A stretch of DNA of 42,666 nucleotides from Octopus bimaculoides (GCF_001194135.2 NC_068981.1:105058091-105100756); one strand, 5' to 3'. Counted from the stretch's first letter, positions 1 to 10,480 are shown. Program-made: numbers and translations. Notes: generated by a model from the letters alone, not told the origin.

Positions 1-34
<34 letters not shown>

Positions 35-211
35 TACATATATATAAATATATATACATTTATCTATACATATACATATAAATATATATATACATATACA
101 TATATATGTATAGATATATATGCATACATATATATAAATATGTATATATATATATACACATATATATATACATACATATCTGTATGTATGTATGTATGTA
201 TGTATGTATGT
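1..211. repeat. (TA)n/(TATG)n compound microsatellite
   Basis: Directly visible tandem TA, TACA and TATG units. Confidence 0.95.
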
Positions 212-526
212 ACCTGGAGGTTTGGATGACAAACTTGTCGACGTAAATTGACAATGTGTTTGTTTCCGTCTCTCTCTCTCTGTGAGTCAAAGTGAGAGGG
301 ACAAGAGAGAGAGAGGAAGTGCTAATTGACAGGTTTGTTTGGTGCGCGCGCGCGCGCGTGTGTGTGTATCTGATATGTATGTGTGTTGACAATGAAAACA
401 AAAACAAATGACAATAACAAAGAAGCAAGCGTAAATAAAAGTACCAGATAACAAGAGTATATAAAGTTTTGGGTTTTTTTTAAATTGCATGTAAAGTATA
501 TATATATATATATTTATTTTTTTTAC

Positions 527-607
527 CTTATATCCTTCAATAAGGTGCAAATTTAATGCAAGTATTACAATGAACCAGCAGAGGTCTGACCAAATGTTCA
601 GCTTCAT
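527..607 (-). CDS. Candidate first coding exon of a secreted or membrane protein (signal peptide MKLNIWSDLCWFIVILALNLHLIEG|YK)
   Basis: ATG at 607-605 with a purine at -3 (GACATGA); n/h/c signal-peptide pattern ending I-E-G; in-frame phase-0 donor AAG|GTAAAA at 527/526. No downstream exon identified in the window. Confidence 0.4.
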
Positions 608-1185
608 GTCCAAGTTCAAGATGAATTAATCGCCACAGATGAAGAAGTATTGAAGAAAGAAAATAGACGAAGTTAATGATAATGCCGGTTGGCACTTGTT
701 TTTATCGCACGACGGAAGCCATGAATATCCTCATCTGCTGCTGTAGTAAAACTCTCGTGTGATAACAATTGCTGAGGAGGGATATCTTCTATACTTCACA
801 GAATGCCTTTCCATATGTAGTTTTCCCAAAAACAATTTGTGTGTATGTGCTGGTAAGGAATAATTCAATACTTCTGTTTTTGGCGGTGTTAGTGGTGCCT
901 ACTTCCTATCACTTCTTATCTTCTTTTTCCGATTGTTTTCTAGCCCACTCTCCCTTCCACCCTTTCAACTTAGTCTTTTTCTTTCATTTTGTCTTTTCTT
1001 TTCTCCTCTGCATCTTTCTTCTTCTTCTTCCCGTCCTTTTCCTCAGACGACTTCTTTTTATTATTCTTATTTGTTTGTTTCATTCTTCCTGTTCTCGGTC
1101 TTCTGCCGTTTGTTTTCATTCTTCTTTTCTTCTTCATTCTTCATAGCATTTCTAATCGTCTTTAGCATCATCATCCACGCTGCTG

Positions 1186-1249
1186 CTTCTTCTTCTTCTT
1201 CTTCTTCTTCTTCTTCTTCTTCTTCTTCTTCTTCTTCGTCTTTTTACTA

Positions 1250-1298
<49 letters not shown>
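1186..1298. repeat. (TTC)n followed by (TAC)n microsatellites inside a pyrimidine-rich low-complexity tract
   Basis: Directly visible; source of the poly-S/Y/R/V ORFs. Confidence 0.95.
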
Positions 1299-1541
1299 AA
1301 GAAATGCAGCTATTGCAGTTTCCTTGTTTAATTCTTCTTTTGATTCTATCTTCAAGTTATTCCTAGTATCATCATCATTTTCAATTTCTTATTCATTCTT
1401 GTTTTAAATTTTCTTCATCATTCATTCTATTGTTTTGTTTTCTTCGAGTTTCTTCTTTTTATTCTTTCTTATTTTTCTTTTTTTTTCTTTTATCCTTCTA
1501 TAAGAAGGAGAGTCGAAATATATAAACTTATAATTCTTTCT

Positions 1542-1735
1542 AATTTTGGCACAAGGCCAGCTACTTCAGAGAAGTGAGGTTTGTTGATTACATTGAATCC
1601 AGTGCGCAACTGGTACATTTTTATCGATCCGAAAGGATGAAATGCAAAGTCATCTTCGGCGGAATTTGAACTCAGAAAGTAAAGAGCCGCTGAGAATTTT
1701 GTCCAACTAGATAACATTTCTGTCTGTTCACCGCC
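1542..1735 (-). mobile_element. tRNA-derived SINE, family 1 (central GTCGACTTTGCCTTTCATCCTTTCG domain; Meta/MESC-like by recollection)
   Basis: Aligns by eye with copies at 18678, 20286 and 42339; A-box and B-box (GAGTTCAAATTCC) on the minus strand. Confidence 0.85.
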
Positions 1736-1747
1736 TTGTTTTAAAGT

Positions 1748-1955
1748 TTTATCTTTTACATGTTTCAGTCAGACTGCGGTCATGCTGGGGCAACGCCTCG
1801 AAGAATTTTCAGCCGAATACTTTTTTTTATTTATTTAAGATTGGTAGTTATTCTATCGGTGTATTATGCCGAACCGCTAAGTTTCAGGGACGTAGACACA
1901 TCGACAACGGTTGTTAAATGGTAGAGGCGGGACAAACACAGACACAAAGACACAG

Positions 1956-1999
<44 letters not shown>

Positions 2000-2157
2000 G
2001 ACGATCCTCTTTCAGTTTCCGCCTACCAAATCCACTCACGAGGCTTTGACCGGCCCGAAGCTATAGTAGAAGACACAAGACAAGGTTCCGCACAGTGGGA
2101 CTGAACCCGGAGCCATGTGGTTGGTAGCAAGCTCCTTACCGAACGACCACGCCTGCG
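1748..2157 (-). mobile_element. tRNA-derived SINE, family 2 (CORE-like CCTTGxxxxGTGTCTTCTACTATAGC body, internal (TG)n(TA)n)
   Basis: Minus-strand head CAGGCGTGGTCGTTCGGTAAG...GGGTTCAGTCCC; homologous to 41650-41802; 3' part repeated at 2325-2475. Confidence 0.8.
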
Positions 2158-2324
2158 AATAACAAATAATAATATCTGATACCAGATCTGGAGATTATTA
2201 AGACTCGAAGCCTATTGGCCATTTCTTTGATTGACACAAAAACTAACTTCGATTGATTGACACAAGATCTACTGATGATTTTTTGACACGAAATGTAATC
2301 ATGAATTCTAAAGCTTGTTGACAC

Positions 2325-2475
2325 AAGAGTTTAGTCGAATAAATCGATCCCAGTACTTATTCTGTTAAGCCTGATACTTATTCTATCAGTCTCTTCTTTG
2401 CCGAACCGCTAAGTTATGGGTACGTAAACAAACCTACTCGGTTGTCCAACGGGAACTGGGGAAATACAAAAACAC
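2325..2475 (-). mobile_element. 3' fragment of family 2 SINE
   Basis: TTATTCTATC...GCCGAACCGCTAAGT...GTAAACA matches 1848-1950. Confidence 0.7.
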
Positions 2476-2567
2476 ACGCATATGTGAGTGTGTGTGTGTG
2501 CGTGTATTTGTGTGTGTGTGTGTGTGTGTGTGGAAAACAAAGTTATTTTATTCCACATGGGTAGAAA

Positions 2568-3519
2568 TATAGGAAAAATAGGAGTTGAAATTACACTGAA
2601 AGTAGTTAGAATATTTTTTATTAGTATATTCGAAGCTTTAACCGGCTTCACAGTTAACAGTAATTTTCAAAAAGTTCAAATAGAAATTACCTTCCACAAT
2701 TCCTACACCAACAATCAAAAAATGTAACCGCCTCAATTGTGGGACCTGCAGCTGCCTTATTGAAGACACAACATACAAATTCAAATCAGAACAGACTTTT
2801 ACTGTAAAAAATCAATTTACATGTTCTTCAAGGAATTTAATATACGTTGTCAAATTTCAAGGAAGAAATGAAGATTACATAGGTCAAACAAAGCTTACTC
2901 TAAGAAATAGACTGACCATACACCGACAACAAATACGAGACCCCAGTACTAGACAGATTCAACTGAGTGGTCATATAGACATATATGCAAAAAATAAGTC
3001 TCCCAAATTCCAGATCTTCCCACTCTACCTATGTTCAGCGAATACCACAAATGAAGCATGGATAAACAAAAAAAATACTTTCATACAAAAGTACAAACCA
3101 AGACTTAAGAAACTTTAACAGAGTACATAGATAAATAACTATTCACACCAAAATTTATTCTGCCACTTATCGTGAGGAAGCTAACAACCTAAATTTTAGC
3201 CATTGGACTACATACAAATGAGTCCTATCCACTCTCCCACCAGACAGATTGAATTTGGAGTGCCTTGATTACAACTAAACATGTTCACTCAACCGTGTCG
3301 GCTTTCATTTTAGGCGCAAAATATACGTAGCAGGAATTGTACAAAAGTTTATAAACTTAATCATGTGTTCGTCCTCTTCAAACACTTAACAGAAAACATT
3401 CAGAGCATTGATTGCTTGAAAATCAGTGTGAACTGTGAAACCGGTTTAAGCTAGCTTCAAATATATTAATAAAAAATATTTTAACTATTCTCAGTGCATT
3501 TTCATCTATTTTTCATATA
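2568..3519 (+). mobile_element. 5'-truncated Penelope-like element 1 (inverted partial pLTR + GIY-YIG end + 3' pLTR)
   Basis: GIY-YIG frame at 2684-3118; about 88-bp inverted repeat 2568-2655 vs 3431-3519. Confidence 0.8.
2684..3118 (+). pseudogene. Penelope-like GIY-YIG endonuclease C-terminus with Cys-rich linker (uninterrupted 144 codons, no ATG)
   Basis: Manual translation: KLPSTIPTPTIKKCNRLNCGTCSCLIE...FTCSSRNLIYVVKFQGRNEDYIGQTKLTLRNRLTIHRQQIR...FIQKYKPRLKKL*; LIY...YIG motif plus CxxxCxxC linker. Confidence 0.9.
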
Positions 3520-3539
3520 TATAGGAAAAATATAAAAAT

Positions 3540-3741
3540 CATTACTATGATTGACCGCTGACTGAACACTATTCAATTTTTTTTCTCCGTGTTTTTCTCC
3601 TTGTCTCCGTATTCTTTCTGTTGAAGAGCGTAGCTCGAAACGTTAAAGACTTTCCGTATTCCCGAGCGTCATACTAATACATCCTTTTGTTGTTTACACC
3701 ACCTGTCCTCGTCTGTTGTTGTTTTTTTCGTACATTCTCCC
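3540..3741 (+). mobile_element. About 200-bp pLTR/retrozyme-like repeat unit with a hammerhead-shaped motif (copy A)
   Basis: Homologous to 4900-5150 (ATGATTGACCGCT...CTGTTGAAGA...GAAACGT...CCCGAGCGTCATACTAA...GTTGTTTA). Confidence 0.75.
3613..3649 (+). ncRNA. Minimal type I hammerhead-ribozyme-like motif, variant core (copy A)
   Basis: Stem I TCTTT/AAAGA; core CTGTTGA+A; stem II GAGC-GTA-GCTC; GAAA; palindromic ACGT stem III; GUU site. Confidence 0.6.
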
Positions 3742-3876
3742 ATATATATATATATANNNNNNNNNNAAATGCTTTACACCTGGTAGCTTACTGGTAAAGC
3801 ACGGTCACTTTCATAGTATTCGTAATGTATATGGTAAATGAAAGACGGAAGAAGAAATATACGAGAATTTTTATTA

Positions 3877-3982
3877 ATCACGACAATTATTTCGACACAT
3901 CTAGCATCGATCCCTCACGGTTGGGACACTTAACAACTGGTTCAGGCACATCCGGCGATGCAGATGTGTTTCATCGGGTGAT
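3877..3982 (-). ncRNA. Type I hammerhead ribozyme motif with extended stem II (partly decayed)
   Basis: Minus strand: ATCAC/GTGAT stem I; CCGATGA core; ACACATCT-GCATCG paired with CGATGC-T-AGATGTGT stem II; GAAA; ATAATTGT quasi-palindromic stem III; GUC site. Confidence 0.7.
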
Positions 3983-4371
3983 AAATAGATATAACTCGTT
4001 AAAATAACAGTTCCGCAATGTATCTTCTCATTTCGCAAAAAGAAAAGCAGCAAAATGAAGGAAATATCTTCATTTATATAGAATCACAGGTGCAAAAAAG
4101 AAACGAACGCGAAATATAGCGAGAAAAGTATTAAAAATTACCGCTAACAGATATGGATGTATAAACGCCTTGCGCAAGCTGCATGGCGCGTGTGCACTCT
4201 TTCATGCAAGCGTCCACGAAAATGTAAGCATACGCATGCGTGTGGTTTGGTGCACACACAATCACAAAGCGAGTTAAATAGCTACCTGGTGTTTATAAGA
4301 ATGGGGAGGTTAAAGCTAAACGTAATTCAGCCATAACTTAAAGTAAATTATGTTAACAGTTACCCAAATTA

Positions 4372-4790
4372 ATTCCCACTGCATTGTGCGAAAGTACATT
4401 TATATGCGTGTAGGCATCTTGAGAGTCTACCAGAAATTCTATTAAATATCTTCTCATTGGTCCACAGAATAGACAGAGATTCCTCGAAGCAGAGTCGGCA
4501 TCTCCTGGAAATTATATTGTTTGGTTTTGCGTGCCTTAGTGTGGTATGTTATACTTAATTTTATCTTCCTTCAGTCGCCACACAAAACCGGTCAAAGATG
4601 GTGAATGTCTGTTATTGATTCTCTTGAAGCTGGTGACATGGTTATGATAACGATTGTTAAGTGACTTAGTCGTCTGCCCAATGTAAACATACGGCCCTCT
4701 CCTTGTGTGCACAGTACATTTATATACAAGATCGGTACTCAAACAGAGGTTCATCAATGGGCATTTTGACTTTTCTCTGTATGAGTATTT
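4372..4790 (-). pseudogene. Penelope-like GIY-YIG endonuclease C-terminus, frameshifted
   Basis: REKSKCPLMNLCLSTDLVYKCTVHTRRGPYVYIGQTTKSLNNRYHNHVTSF...LTGFVWRLKEDKIKYNI, then after a frameshift RRCRLCFEESLSIL...SRCLHAYKCTF. Confidence 0.85.
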
Positions 4791-4899
4791 ATCGTATTTA
4801 TTTATACATATGGCAGTTCTGACTCCATTTTCCGTGTCGAAACAATTATCGTGATTAATAATAAAAAATTCTAGTATATTCCATCTTCCGTCTTTAATT

Positions 4900-4947
4900 T
4901 ACTACCATGATTGACCGCTAAATCCACAAGTATCTTCTCTCTCTCTT

Positions 4948-5008
<61 letters not shown>

Positions 5009-5155
5009 ATTTTCTCGTGTTCCTTTCTGTTGAAGAACGTAGGCTCGAAACGTAAAAGACTTTCTCACCTTCCCGAGCGTCATACTAACACATCTGCTTG
5101 TTGTTTATACACCTGTCTTCGTCTTTTGTTTCTCTGTAAATCTGAACTGTACATA
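4900..5155 (+). mobile_element. pLTR/retrozyme-like repeat unit copy B (with (TC)n expansion); hammerhead-like motif at 5023-5058
   Basis: Homologous to copy A; CTTT-CTGTTGAA-GAACGTAGGCTC-GAAACGTA-AAAG. Confidence 0.75.
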
Positions 5156-5162
5156 CACACAC

Positions 5163-5365
5163 NNNNNNNNNNNNNNNNNNNNNNNNNNNNNNNNNNNNNN
5201 NNNNNNNNNNNNNNNNNNNNNNNNNNNNNNNNNNNNNNNNNNNNNNNNNNNNNNNNNNNNNNNNNNNNNNNNNNNNNNNNNNNNNNNNNNNNNNNNNNNN
5301 NNNNNNNNNNNNNNNNNNNNNNNNNNNNNNNNNNNNNNNNNNNNNNNNNNNNNNNNNNNNNNNNN
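5163..5365. other. Assembly gap (N); other gaps at 3757-3766, 13779-14672, 23356-23497, 28525-28539, 30306-30630, 31488-31986
   Basis: N runs, mostly flanked by microsatellites. Confidence 1.
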
Positions 5366-5397
5366 ATATATATATATATATATACATACATACTTAC

Positions 5398-5451
<54 letters not shown>

Positions 5452-5452
5452 A

Positions 5453-5488
<36 letters not shown>

Positions 5489-5548
5489 TATAAACACACA
5501 CACACACACATATATAGATCTATATATACGCACACGCATACACATTCT

Positions 5549-5700
5549 CGTTCTGAGTTCAAATGCCATCGAGGTCAGCTTTATTTTTTATCCTTTTGAG
5601 GTCGATTAAATAAGTGCCAGTCGAATACTGGAGTCGATCTAATCGACTAACTCCCTCCCCTAAAATTTCAGGCCTAGTGCCTTTAGTAGAAAGTATTAAT
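5549..5700 (+). mobile_element. SINE family 1, 5'-truncated
   Basis: GTTCTGAGTTCAAAT...GAGGTCGATTAAATAAGTGCCAG...GTCGATCTAATCGAC. Confidence 0.8.
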
Positions 5701-6049
5701 ATTTATTTTTATTTTTCCATTGAGCTCCATTCGTATATGCAGTAAAATGTATATGTAAGTGTAACATAATGTGTGGGGATAGGCAAACCAAAGTTACAGA
5801 AGAACGAGGTGAGAAATAAAAAGAAGTTACATAAAATATTTGACGCAATGTCTTTAAATTTCACAAAATAAACCATATATGTTAGGTCACAAATCCCACC
5901 CTCTCTCTTTCTTTCTCTCTTTCTATATCTCTCTCCTCTCTTTTTCACTCTCTCTGTCTTTCTCATTCTTCGTCCCTCCCTCCCTCTGTCTAATTGTCAA
6001 TCTAAATGCGCCTGTATACATTCGTTGCGTCTGACAGAACAAAAATCAT

Positions 6050-7760
6050 TCAACGTCTTAGTTTTTGTAGTTTTTCTGAAGATGATTGTTTTTTTTACTG
6101 TTTATCGCGAACCAGTAAAGCCTATCCCCTGGCAGTGCTATTAGGACAAAGATTTCTGGGAGTGGTCCACAGTCTCTGGGCCAAAAGTCCTCTCGGACCA
6201 ACCAATTGATCTCGTCACTCAGTGTTTCCCCAATGTCACGTTTTACTCCACTACTAGGCCCCTATAAAAACCTAACGCATTGTCAGGCATATAAAGATCT
6301 ATGAGCACCTGAAAATATGTCAGATGCCAGCCCCACCCGCAGTCTCGATCTTTACTTGATCCAGAACTGCAGTTCCGCCAAGAAGACGAACTGTAAGAGA
6401 AATGTGCCTGACAGAAGATGACAGTATTGCTCAGTGCCAAGGGATGTTTGTGATGTCACGATGTCACTTGCTTATCTGTACATCATCAGACACGACATGT
6501 CACGACCACTGCACAGCGGATGTTGTATGTAGCAAAACCGCCTGACCAATAAAATACTCTCTTCTTCAAAGAGCAAAAGGTGCAAATGCTCCAAATTGAC
6601 CAGACGAGAAATAGTCGCTATATATATAGATATATATATATAACGGCTTTACTAGAGAGGTGGGCGTTCATTATTTCTGACTAATCTTTCAGGGCTAGCT
6701 TCCTCTCAGACCATTTCTTGGTGAGACTAGCCGCCCGGCTCGCAAACTCATCCCACCTTTTATACACGTGGTGAACTGGAGCAAAATAGACAAGAAACTT
6801 AAATGATCCGTTGAGACAACACTCTACGACGCTGGCCGGTGATATGGACTTTTCTCTCTAGTTACCAAGCTTCTGGTTAACCTTTATTCCTGAAACCGCT
6901 TTATATTCCTTTAGAACGGTGACGAGACCTTGACTTCCGTTCTGCCAGACACTCTTATAGTGACATCGGCCTCATATGCAGACTCAGTTTTCTGGCGTCC
7001 CAGTTCCAACGGGTTTCATTAAACACATCTAGCTTCCGCTGTAATAGCTCTGAACATACAGTGGTTGTTTAGTTTGACCAACGAGTAGATGCCTTGGTTT
7101 ACTGAAACGACCCAGTCTCGAAAACGTGCTCTTAACCACCGAGCAATTACGATCGACTCTATCGAAATATTTCGATTGATCCAAACTTGTCAAAACACCA
7201 TGCTAGCGCCTTTGATAAAATCTTAATCGCCGCATTTCGTAGAGTTTTTTCAATAACGTCCTCTTTGTTTTCATCTTTCTTCGATAGTTCCACCACCCGC
7301 AAACTCACAACACTGAGAATTCAGCTACGACAGATGTCTATCAAGACATCAGCCAACAACTCTGGCATATGTAGAGAGCAGATTATTCAAACTAGATTAT
7401 TTTCCCCTTGCACAACCGATTACTGCTAACAGTATCTCTACTGTTGTTATCGGTATTTCATAGCCCCATACCCCTTCCGTGGAGAGCTACGGTAGGTCAT
7501 CAAATTAGGCACTTGAAGTTCACGATCATCTCTGGCTGACACCCTACTCAATCCGTTGGGAAAAGCCGCTGAATAATGTAGCACGTGCTCCACCCACTCT
7601 GTCAAAAATTGAACTGTGACTTTGTTCCCACGTCTCGTTCCTATCATCTCGATCTCAAGAATGGCTTCTTTTACTTTGTATCTCAGAACATTGCCTTTGC
7701 TCTAACAATGCAATGCTTGTGTTTGCGTTGAAGAAATGTTAGAACCCCATTGTCGATGTA
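6050..7760 (-). mobile_element. Degenerate Tx1/L1-clade LINE ORF2 (RT region) with deletions and frameshifts
   Basis: Frame-hopping translation gives LPxLS..IPITTVEI, GCARGK, ELLADV, IKILSKALA, LDQSKYFDRVD, SAYEADVTI (YADD), VLKEYKAVSGIKVN, TKKWSERKL, LVRRFCYIQHPL. Confidence 0.75.
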
Positions 7761-8029
7761 ATCATGTCTACTGCGGTGCTTCTCTTAATTGTCTCTCCTA
7801 GTTTTCTCAGTAACTGCTCTTCTGATCTCTTCCTTCTTGCTATTTATTTATTAAATCCTATTTATTCTACTCCGACAGCTCTCATCAGACTGTTCCATCA
7901 ACGATTGTTGATAGCCTGCTTTGTGCATATTTGGTCTGTGCGTTTGATCGGCAGAAAATGTGAACATCATGTACTTCCTCTACTCACTGATATAACAAAT
8001 AATCTCTCTTAGATACAGCCTGGAGGACC

Positions 8030-8450
8030 CGATGTTGTGATTCTTTGTCCACACTTGTGCATTTGAAAATCTAGTCAACTTATAGTCGTACAGTTGAAAC
8101 ATCTATCAAAAGGTTTGCAAGGCTTCTACACTTCATTTTTTATGGGATTCTCCCAAATACTCTTAGCGTGCGTCCAAGATGACATTCTAATCTTTCACCA
8201 GTATTAAAGAGTGGGATGTTTCCATGAACGCTTCTGACACCTGAAGAAATTTAATCTCCCTATTCCGATCTGGTATAGGCAGCCGCTCATCTGTGTTGCA
8301 TCACCGCTTACTATCCGGGTTTAGGAAGATCGTCTCTACCTCAGCATCGAAGCTTTGTGGTAACAACACTGTTACTCCATGATCTGGTCTTGGCTGACCA
8401 CAAAATACGTGCAGTTCGCAGTCGTCAAAGATGGGCGCTAGTGCGTGCGT
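8030..8450 (+). mobile_element. Highly decayed Ty3/gypsy reverse-transcriptase fragment
   Basis: CVQDDILIF (YxDD-ILIF), HLKKFNL, IEA-like motifs in the expected order, with many stops. Confidence 0.45.
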
Positions 8451-10480
8451 CTGTGAAATCTTAGTCTTGCTGATGGCTGACCTGTGTCAAGACTACCTAC
8501 ATTTATACAACCTACTCTAAGTACAGCTATGTTAGTTACGAAAAAAACTAAAAAGTTCTTTGAAAAATACCTTTCAAAGAATTCCGATCTCCTGAGAAGT
8601 CGTTCACCACTCTCCTTATTTTTGAAACATCTCTTCGTTACTTTAGATTTTTGTTTTTTGTTCGGTTCCAAGTAGACTCATTTTTGATATTCTTATTAGA
8701 AGTCTATTTATCAGTGTCTTCATGACGGTGGTAGGGCTTTTGATGATGGTGGTGGCGGTAGTAGTGGTGTAGATGTGTGTTTGTTTGATGGCCACTCTGC
8801 CACATCTCGAACCTGAAGCAACGCTTTTTTTTTGCCTTTGCTTTTTTCGCCTCCACAAGGACACATGTTTTTGTAGATTACTTCTTCGATCACCATTATC
8901 TCCGTACTGTTACACAAAATTGATAACAAGCCAATGGTCAAGATTTGTGTCATATCTCTGGCAGCTGTCCTAGTTTTTCTGAGACTTCGGTACTGAAAGA
9001 CAAGCCTGTGTGAAGTCGTGTAACGTACAAACTACTTATCTTCTCGCGTCTTACTTAATCTTAAAATCCCCGGCTCATACTTTCACATGCTTTTTCTTAT
9101 GTTGAGGGAGAAAATATTCTTCCACATATCGGTCAGAACGTCCGCCAGCTCCTCTTTCTGGGAAAGTGATATACCTTAGTTTTATAATTAAAAAATTGTC
9201 GCTTTCTCAATGAATTTGTTAAAAATGCAATGGCTTCTGTGCTCCATTTTGAGTCAATTTAAGTCACTCCTTTTGATACACGACGTTAGTAAATGACGGA
9301 ATGTTGTTGCTGGTAGTAGTGATGTTGTTACTGTCCGAAGTGTTTATTGTTTCTTTTTCATTCAAGTTGATATTTACAATACTATTTTTGTAACTTCTGT
9401 TGTACGTGTATAACCGTAATATTTGAGCTTGAAGCTCTGTATATTTCATATTGTTTTTATTTTATTGTTTCTATTGTTTGAGAAATAATAGATTTTTGTT
9501 GAAACTACTGTTATCACCCCTTGACAAGCGTCTCTCCTTGTTACTTTTGAGGTGGCCAGTTTGCAACACGTAGTTATTATCAAAAATGTGTAAACAGTTT
9601 AAGGAGCTCCGTCGGTCAGGATCGATCATGGATCTGCATGCGAAGGCTTGGACAAAGTTTTTTTTCTCTCTCTCTCTTAATAGAAGACTGTCTGTTGTTT
9701 ATGTATGTTGACTTAGAAAAGATTTGAACTTAGAACACAAAAAACCAGAGCAAATATCGCAAAGTATTCTATCAGATTATCTGACGTCTGCCAGTACGCA
9801 AATCAACAAACAACATAGAAACAACACTGATATCGTCAACATCATCATCATCATCATTATTATCATCATCATCGTCGTGAGTGTCTACATTACTAACACA
9901 ATCATCAACGCTATCGTGATGATTGTCGCTGATGTCATCCAACCTACTCTCTTCCCATTGGTTACTATGGAATTATTTCCCTGTATCTTTTTTTCACCTC
10001 CATCTTCGCCTTCTCGCCTACCTCTTCTCTTTGTCCCTCCTTTTCGCATCTAGTAGTACGTAATGATACCACCTTTACGTAGGTTTGTGAGTGGCTATCA
10101 GCGTGTGTTTGTATGAGTGTGTGCGAGTACATATGTGTGTGCGCTAGCGAGTGTTATATGTGAATGTCATTATATGCATGTACATACATATAAATATGTA
10201 TGTGTGTGTGTGTGCTCCCATCTGTACATATGTGCATATGTGTGTACGTATGCCTGTGTTTGTATGTGTTATATGTGCGTATGCTTACATGTGTACATAT
10301 GTTTGTAGAATTGATATCATTAGCAATATATGGTATATTAGCCGTGTATTTGAGAAATCAGTTACAAATAAAGAGCTGGTTGAATAGAAGTGATAGAGCA
10401 TCTTACAGTTATTTTCTGAGTTCAAATCCTGAGGCTATTTCCCAACATCTATAATATACATCATAATAATACATATACAT

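Larger units (their letters stand above)
3834..4902 (-). mobile_element. 5'-truncated Penelope-like element 2 (different family; inverted partial pLTR + GIY-YIG end + 3' pLTR with hammerhead)
   Basis: GIY-YIG remnant at 4372-4790; inverted repeat 3834-3898 vs 4834-4902. Confidence 0.8.

Noticed and set aside
60-1355. ORFs rich in YI/HT/S/Y/V/R repeats (same pattern at 10.1, 19.6, 20.8, 23.9, 29.9, 33.4 and 35.2 kb)
   Set aside because: Translations of dinucleotide, trinucleotide and tetranucleotide microsatellites
7447-7647. Initial impression of a gypsy integrase (QFLTEWVEHV...PNG)
   Set aside because: Adjacent frames give clear Tx1 RT-proximal motifs, so it was reassigned to the Tx1 remnant
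8600-9460. Possible LINE ORF1/gag remnant on minus (KRCFRFEMWQSGH resembles a Zn knuckle; WSTEAIAF resembles Tudor-linker text)
   Set aside because: Motifs are too short and in conflicting frames to assign by eye; needs a frameshift-aware search
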